From the NCBI GenBank assembly GCA_965644295.1, contig CBFFRP010000010.1:1-8539 (forward strand): a DNA stretch of 8,539 nucleotides, in the 5' to 3' direction. Positions 1 to 5,922 of the stretch are shown in pieces. The position numbers and the translations under genes are program-made. The first letter of the stretch is position 1. The number at the start of each line of letters is the position of its first letter. The notes beneath the pieces were generated by a model. That model searched no databases. It saw only the letters and a program-made list of their open reading frames with translations, and was not told the origin of the DNA. This DNA is from Paraphysomonas bandaiensis (taxonomy: Eukaryota > Protista > Chrysophyceae).

Positions 1-808
1 GTCAACAACATGATAAATTATTTCGTTCATGTTAACCACTGCTCAACTTCCGTATCTTGAATCGTCATGATATAATACTTCAGTTTCACAGTTATAGCTA
101 TATAGCACCTTTTGACTATTGACTACGTATTACTGTTTTTCACATTGTATTTAACGTATTCTACAGTACTATCTTAGAGAACCATACGTATTCCAACAGA
201 AACATGTTTACGAAAAACATTTACGAATATTATGGGAAAAGAAGAAGTAGGAAGTAGTCTTAGCTGACAGCATAGTTATACTTCTTTCCGACCATCGTCA
301 AGAATTTTACCAGGTTTTGGTATTACCTCGACTTTGTATAAGTAGGTGATATAGGGAAGGAATACTCTGTGGCTAGTGGTACATACGTATATACGGCCGA
401 TTAGGCCGTTCATGATTGTCTAATATTATGTTAACTCTTATTCGTCTACAACCAACAACATTTGCTTTTTGGAATGCGATTATATGATTAGAATTGTGCT
501 GATTCTCTAGTACATTTTTAGTGAAATTTCTGCCAATAAAAGTGTCGCAATTATTGCTAAGACATTTCTTAAGTCTTAAACCATACTTAATATAACATTA
601 AAATGCATGGCCAATAATAAACAGGTCACAGGAACTTCTGATAAGGCATTTTTAAAAAGTATTACTCCTACCTCATTCGTATCGTACTCAATCTAACATT
701 AAAATGGACAAAAATATAGTCAGTCACAAGCATTGCTACCGCATGAGCTGTGGGAACCAACGCACACAGGTTGTCACTAAATGCTACTGGCTGATGTCTC
801 ATCATACA

Positions 809-1817
809 CTAATTCGGTTTCTGCTTCACCATTATGACAATAGGAACTATGATAACAACTAAAATGCATATAATAATTCCGCCGATTAACAGCCTCATCT
901 TGACCATTTTCCAGAACATCTTATTTCTGAGTTCCTTCGTCGTGCTCTTGAACGCAAGAGACTGCTCGGCAAGATGCTCCGCTGATGAATTGATGCGATC
1001 CACCTGTTCCTGATTTATCAGGATCTGCTGGATATTTTCTTGCATCACTGTGCGTACTACATCGATCTTTTCCTGTACTGCGGTCAGCTTGTCAAAAGAA
1101 GACGGGTCTGCATATCTAACCACAAAAAATGAATTCACTATATATAAACACTCAAGATAAACATACTTATCCATCAAGCCCTTCATCATAGGAGTTGCGG
1201 GCCGCGTGAGACTTTCCTCGCCTGCAGAGGCACTTCTGTTGCCTAACTCCCTCTGGAAGGACTCCTTAAGTTCAACGAGGGCAGTAAACGCTACACGAGG
1301 GGAGTACTTGGGACTGGTAACCACAGCATAAACTTTACCAAACTCATCAAGGTAGTAATGTATGGCCTGTGCCTCTCCGGCAGCAGTATACCTCCCACCA
1401 GATCGTGCACGGGCATTGCTTGCAACTTGCTCCCTATCACACATCCATCACAAGGGGGCTTACATGCAGCAAAATATCAATAGCAACTACGATATCAATA
1501 ATAATAGTTACATAATCGTAACCATAGTACCAATACTGATAACATACAAATTAACTATGATATCAATAGTACTTATTGTACATATCGTAGTTCTATGTAT
1601 GTATATGTATGTACGTATGTATGTGTTGCAGGTACCTGACGCCCTCTTTATCCACCTCTCCATTCGATAAACTCGCCAGTACAGCTTTATCAGAATATCT
1701 CTACATGTAAACACCCCCTTAGAAGAAAGACTATGTCATATCGGGTGATGTATGTACCATTACAGCCACTAGATAGACCTGTGAGCGGCCGTGTACATTA
1801 GAGGGTCCTCCTGGCAT
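809..1817 (-). CDS. VAMP7: Longin-domain R-SNARE (VAMP7/VAMP71-like synaptobrevin), 4 exons, 232 aa
   Basis: Hand-spliced exons on the minus strand: 1817-1758, 1700-1636, 1433-1167, 1115-809 (699 nt, frame preserved). GT-AG introns of 57, 202 and 51 nt. Protein MPGGPSNVHGRSQVYLVAVMRYSDKAVLAS... has a longin-like N-terminus (GKVYAVVTSPKYSPRVAFTALVEL), a synaptobrevin coiled coil (DKLTAVQEKIDVVRTVMQENIQQIL...AEHLAEQSLAFKSTTKELRNKMFWK) and a C-terminal TM helix (LLIGGIIICILVVIIVPIVIMV). The symbol is family-level, not proven orthology. Confidence 0.9.
1594..1625. repeat. Short imperfect (TATG)n microsatellite in SNARE intron 2
   Basis: tatgtatgtatatgtatgtacgtatgtatgtg, next to the intron 2 donor. 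Confidence 0.8.
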
Positions 1818-1933
1818 ACTTGATTGCAAAACAAATCAATGAAATAGTAAAACAGAAGTAGTTTTATAGTAGGATGGACCAGTGGGGTCAACTATATGCT
1901 GAGAGTGTTGAGAATGGACCAAATTTTCCGTAA

Positions 1934-2020
1934 ATGTGTGTGTGTATGTATGTATGTATGTATGGGGAGGTGTGTATCTATGTATGTATGTACAGGAGTA
2001 TGTATGTATGTATGGTATGT
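1934..2020. repeat. Compound (TG)n/(TATG)n microsatellite
   Basis: Three TATG runs separated by gggagg and caggag spacers, preceded by a TG run. Confidence 0.85.
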
Positions 2021-2029
2021 GCTGTACAT

Positions 2030-2494
2030 GTATTTTTATATATGGATTTCACGCATTGAAAAAATACATATGGACATCCACAGTACATACCATATGAGTG
2101 TATGCCGTTCATATGGATACGTCCTGCTGTGTTGTGGACATCGAACCATTCATTGGTTCCAGAGAAAAATCGATTTCTATATCTAGAAATTCCATAATTT
2201 CCTAAAATAATTGCTTGCGTGGGTAGTTTTGTAATATCTGTCTCTACAGTACTCGTATGTTTATCAGACAAAAAATTCCGTTTTTTTTGTAATAGTATTC
2301 GTTTTTTGAGGATCATCATAATTAGATAATCCGCTTTTCCGAACATTATTGTTCTTCCAGTCCATACGGTGATCGGAATATTCATAAAAATCGGTACTTT
2401 TGATATAAATAATATCCCCACTCCAATATTGAAAGTTGTAGTCCAGGATGTATTCCAGAATACTGTAGTACTCTGAGAGTTGTGTCCCATTCCA
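2030..2494 (-). pseudogene. Possible degraded coding sequence of unknown product
   Basis: Stop-free 76-codon frame 2494-2264 (WNGTQLSEYYSILEYILDYNFQYWSGDIIYIKSTDFYEYSDHRMDWK...) overlapping the listed 177-aa ORF, with a T8 run at 2281-2288 as a candidate frameshift. No domain recognised. Confidence 0.25.
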
Positions 2495-2785
2495 TTATTT
2501 TGCATGCTCATCTGGTTGTAGGAATATCCTAGTCTACTAGATCATTTTGGTGAATCGTATGGACAGTCAGCATCATATTTTTCGGAAATAAATTGAAGCA
2601 AATACACTCTATATTACTGCAATACAACTACGGCTGAAATAGAGACAATTGTTGTCTCAATATTAAAGGTATCTTTGAACAAAAATATACAAAGGATGCC
2701 AATACGATTATTTGGCGAGTCAATTCATTATTATTGTTATTATTAATGTATTTGTCGTGATTCATTGTACACCACACACAGTAGC

Positions 2786-3097
2786 ATGCAACTAAAAACC
2801 GAAATAACCCTTCTAAATAGACCACAAAGCTTCTATGATGTTGAAAATTTAGAAATTGAAGTTGTTCGTGGGCAACAACATTATATTGGACCGCCTGATT
2901 GCCCAATGTTTGTAAATAATTATACTTGGAATGTGTACGTGAGGGACAGAAATGGTGAGCCTTGTGTGATTGAAGGAAATATATTACTCAATGGACTCAC
3001 GATTGCACTCTCAAACGGCTTTAAAGCTGGAGCAAATGAAACGATTGCTATAAAGGTATCTCAGTTTTTAATTAAAGAATCTGTTCTACGAAACTAA
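2786..3097 (+). CDS. Hypothetical protein, 103 aa (small gene, exon or relic)
   Basis: ATG at 2786 opens MQLKTEITLLNRPQSFYDVENLEIEVVRGQQHYIGPPDCPMFVNNYTWNVYVRDRNGEPCVIEGNILLNG...; a stop-free 312-nt frame in AT-rich DNA with globular, beta-rich-looking composition. No family recognised. Confidence 0.35.
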   Translation: MQLKTEITLLNRPQSFYDVENLEIEVVRGQQHYIGPPDCPMFVNNYTWNVYVRDRNGEPCVIEGNILLNGLTIALSNGFKAGANETIAIKVSQFLIKESVLRN

Positions 3098-3389
3098 GTA
3101 GTGTGGAAGACACAACGATTTCAATAATCACTGGTTTTAGTAAAGATGAAGCAAGTTTCAAGGATTCTTCCAAATTTCAATAAAACTAAACTTGGTATAA
3201 TAATCCCTTCAGTTCTTCATAGCCGAACCCTTCGAGTAATCTTACATCACTATGTGTGATTTGCAATACATGGTATCCCATTTTATAACATTCTTGGCAA
3301 CTCATACTAATAATTAAAGTCTAAAATAAAATATTTATTATTGCTGTAATACAACAGCCGTAGATAGTCTCACCCTAACTTCTTAAAGC

Positions 3390-3415
3390 CAGGGATAGGG
3401 AACAATATATTGCAA
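3390..3415 (+). repeat. Left terminal inverted repeat (26 bp), preceded by TSD CTTAAAGC at 3382-3389
   Basis: CAGGGATAGGGAACAATATATTGCAA. Confidence 0.95.
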
Positions 3416-3607
3416 TACTATTGTTAGATAGCGTTCCATCAATAGTATTGATGGATTTTTTAATACAATACAATTACAATATATTGCAATATATTGTCAA
3501 TGTATTGCAATATATTAGTATGACTAATCAGTAGGTAAGCACATCCGTAGATTTCATTTTTAGTATTAGTCATTAAGATATATACATGACAACCAAACCA
3601 ACTGCTG

Positions 3608-3976
3608 CTAAAAATCCACCTCGTCCTCATCCTCTGAGCCATCATCGGTGACGTCAACATCACCATATTCATCCACAGAATTAATTGAAATATGCTAGTA
3701 TCCGGCCATAACTGTCGAATAGCTTTCAGAAACAACAGCATATTAAGTAGGATGGATACTTTTGCGCAACACTGATATAATAGTATTTTTAGCTGCGCTG
3801 AACAGACGTTCCTATGTATCGGAAGTACATACCAGGGCCAGGCAACCGTTAATGACTCGTGAATCTGTACGTTTCTTAATTTTTTTAGCTGACTGAAGAT
3901 TTTTAGTCGCATAGTCAACATCAGCTTCATTATCCTTTGTAATGTTGTAATCAATTTCTCGGTTATTTATATCCAT
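3608..3976 (-). pseudogene. Decayed hAT transposase C-terminal fragment (dimerisation-domain region plus acidic tail)
   Basis: Frame from 3976 reads ...LALVCTSDT*ERLFSAAKNTIISVLRKSIHPT, shifts to MLLFLKAIRQLWPD (from 3741), then shifts back to NSVDEYGDVDVTDDGSEDEDEVDF* (ends 3608). This matches the hAT motif TS..xERLFS.A......R....P...EMLLFLK.N..LW, with an in-frame TAG at 3812-3814 and two frameshifts. Confidence 0.85.
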
Positions 3977-4118
3977 TTTGCACCCTACAGTTGAGAATCT
4001 TCTCTTATAAGACTATCATAATATTGCTTGCAATATATTGCAATAGTATTGTGAGCTCTTTTAACATAAACACTATTGATGGAATATTTGACCAGTCCAC
4101 CAATCAATATATATTATT

Positions 4119-4144
4119 TTGCAATATATTGTTCCCTATCCCTG
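4119..4144 (-). repeat. Right terminal inverted repeat (26 bp), followed by TSD CTTAAAGC at 4145-4152
   Basis: TTGCAATATATTGTTCCCTATCCCTG. Confidence 0.95.
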
Positions 4145-5922
4145 CTTAAAGCTAATACTAGTAATAAGACATTCAATATAATATAAGGGTCGACTCCGAT
4201 TTTGAGAGACTCTTGTAATAAGGATCATTAGGCAGCGTATTTTGGAACGTGGTGGGGCAGGAGGTAGAGCGCATTCTGTTGATCAGGACGAACTTGGTGT
4301 GATTTTTAAAATTTTGACCACTGTTAATATTAGATATTAGAAGAATTCTTACACATATACATGCGGATTGACAAAATACATCAACTATTATGTATATTTA
4401 TTGAGAGAGAGGTAATTTTAGTTCTGAAAACTCCTCAGCGTTATTTTTACATCATACTGTTTATTTTATACTGTGCTGTGTACTGCTGCATTCCACCTCA
4501 CCACCCACCTCTCAGCACACACATCTAGCATTCGGTACACTCAGGATCTTAATACAGAACCCTGTACCTCAGAGCCTGGTGGAATATCATCCCAAGGGGA
4601 GACCCCCTGATAACACGCGCCAGTGAGTCCTAAGTCACACAATTATGGCGAAACTCGCAATCAACATCAAGAACGGAAGTGGTCGCACCTTGGTGCTTGC
4701 GGCGACGCACAAGCAGCTTCTTAGGATAATAGAATTTGTGCTGATTAGTTATATGGGTAGAGGTCTACATAGTATGTCTAGCATTCAACCAGCCACTGCA
4801 TTGGTGCAGGTTTTAAACGCCTATTGCTAAATATAGTAAGACTTTCGATATGTGTACTGCAGGCGTTACGATTTATTATTGGGAAATATTATTCAACCTA
4901 TTCAAATTGGTTGAATGTGCCCAATTCCGAGGGCGTGGCCATAGTGCAGGCTCACTGGTGAACCGCCTAAAAGACCGAGATTTTGCGTTGATTCAGCCAC
5001 TCACCTACCTGTGTACCAGCGTAGCTGACCGCATAGATCACGCACAGATTCTGATTCCGCCCCACCCGTGTTCACCTTCTCATACCTATGCATGACTTAT
5101 ATATGTAATTCGCGCAGATTACGCAGAGTTTCTCGTGATCATGCATACTCTGTATAGGTGTATAAGTCTAGCGTGACATCAGGCGCCCCCCCCTCCCCTA
5201 GAATGCGCGGTGTTTCTCGTTATATCATATAGGCGAGGCAAGTATAGTGTAGATCTAGCTAGAGCTTTCTTGGTGCCGACGTGCCGACACACTAAGAATA
5301 CCCTGAGATTATTATTAACAATCTATACGTTACTTAGCCTAATCAACACTCAACACTAGCACTTTACTAGGCACGCCCTCGGAATGGGGCAGTATCACTG
5401 TATAACTCTATAGCAGCTATATTTTTGTGCACTCTACATTCTACATTACAGTGTTGTACTATTATAGCTCTTTTGTATATGTCAAGTCCAGGTAGCGTGA
5501 GACAATTGGAACTACCCAAGTATATATATAATATATACTATATACTGTATACACTTTGCACAGTGTGCTATCTGCAAAGAGGTTATATAAAAGTAATCAG
5601 AAACCAGAGCGTGATGATACGCACACGAACATTAGAGAAGTAAACTGCGATGAGTTATTTAGTGGTAGGTAACCCACAGCTTGAGCACTTTTGCTGACAC
5701 CATATGGACACACAGCATACGACACAGAACGGAGAGTATAAAAAAGTAAGTTTTTTATGGTATTGTATCAAAATTATGTTATATCATTTACATGAAAACA
5801 ACATTCTTTCTCGAGTGCAAAATTGACGCCTATACTATAAACTATTTGCCTGGCATCCGGTATATTGTATAGTGTACCGATGCAATGGCAATGTGTACAC
5901 AAAAACGATATATCCTGTGCAC

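Larger units (their letters stand above)
3390..4144 (-). mobile_element. Non-autonomous (internally deleted) hAT-superfamily DNA transposon, 755 bp
   Basis: Perfect 26-bp TIRs CAGGGATAGGGAACAATATATTGCAA (3390-3415; reverse complement at 4119-4144), a perfect 8-bp TSD CTTAAAGC (3382-3389 and 4145-4152), and an internal transposase C-terminal remnant. An 8-bp TSD and CAG...CTG ends are hAT hallmarks. Confidence 0.95.

Noticed and set aside
1362-2186. ORFs 1362-1670 (+), 1508-1714 (-) and 1896-2186 (+)
   Set aside because: Antisense or off-frame to SNARE exons, or running through introns and microsatellites; low-complexity products.
2060-2190. EWF (T5orf172-like) and GIH/CG (3C-protease-like) motifs in the 177-aa ORF
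   Set aside because: Three-residue matches without the surrounding conserved context; the protease motifs are in the wrong order.
3460-3954. 164-aa minus-strand ORF as an intact gene
   Set aside because: Non-ATG start; only MLLFLKAIRQLW is in the transposase frame, the rest is off-frame or runs into subterminal repeats.
3403-4131. CRISPR-like reading of the repeated CAATATATTG palindromes
   Set aside because: Eukaryotic context, repeats too short and irregularly spaced, and explained as transposon subterminal repeats.
4245-4320. tRNA-like segment (TGGGGCAGGAGGTAGAGCG resembling an A-box/D-arm, GGTGTGATT, ending ACCA)
   Set aside because: No TTC T-loop, and the acceptor, D and anticodon stems do not pair.
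4607-4656. Hammerhead-like core (CTGATAA...GCCA/TGGC-GAAAC)
   Set aside because: The core is CUGAUAA rather than CUGANGA, extra bases separate it from the putative stem II, and stems I and III are not evident.
4891-5360. Isolated hairpin ATTCAACC...GGTTGAAT (4891-4916) and two-copy micro-duplications GTGCCGAC (5273-5288) and TCAACAC (5343-5356)
   Set aside because: Short slippage-type or chance features with no supporting context.
4645-5643. Short ORFs 4645-4830, 4850-5095 and 5425-5643
   Set aside because: No recognisable domain or consistent splice model; lengths are compatible with chance.
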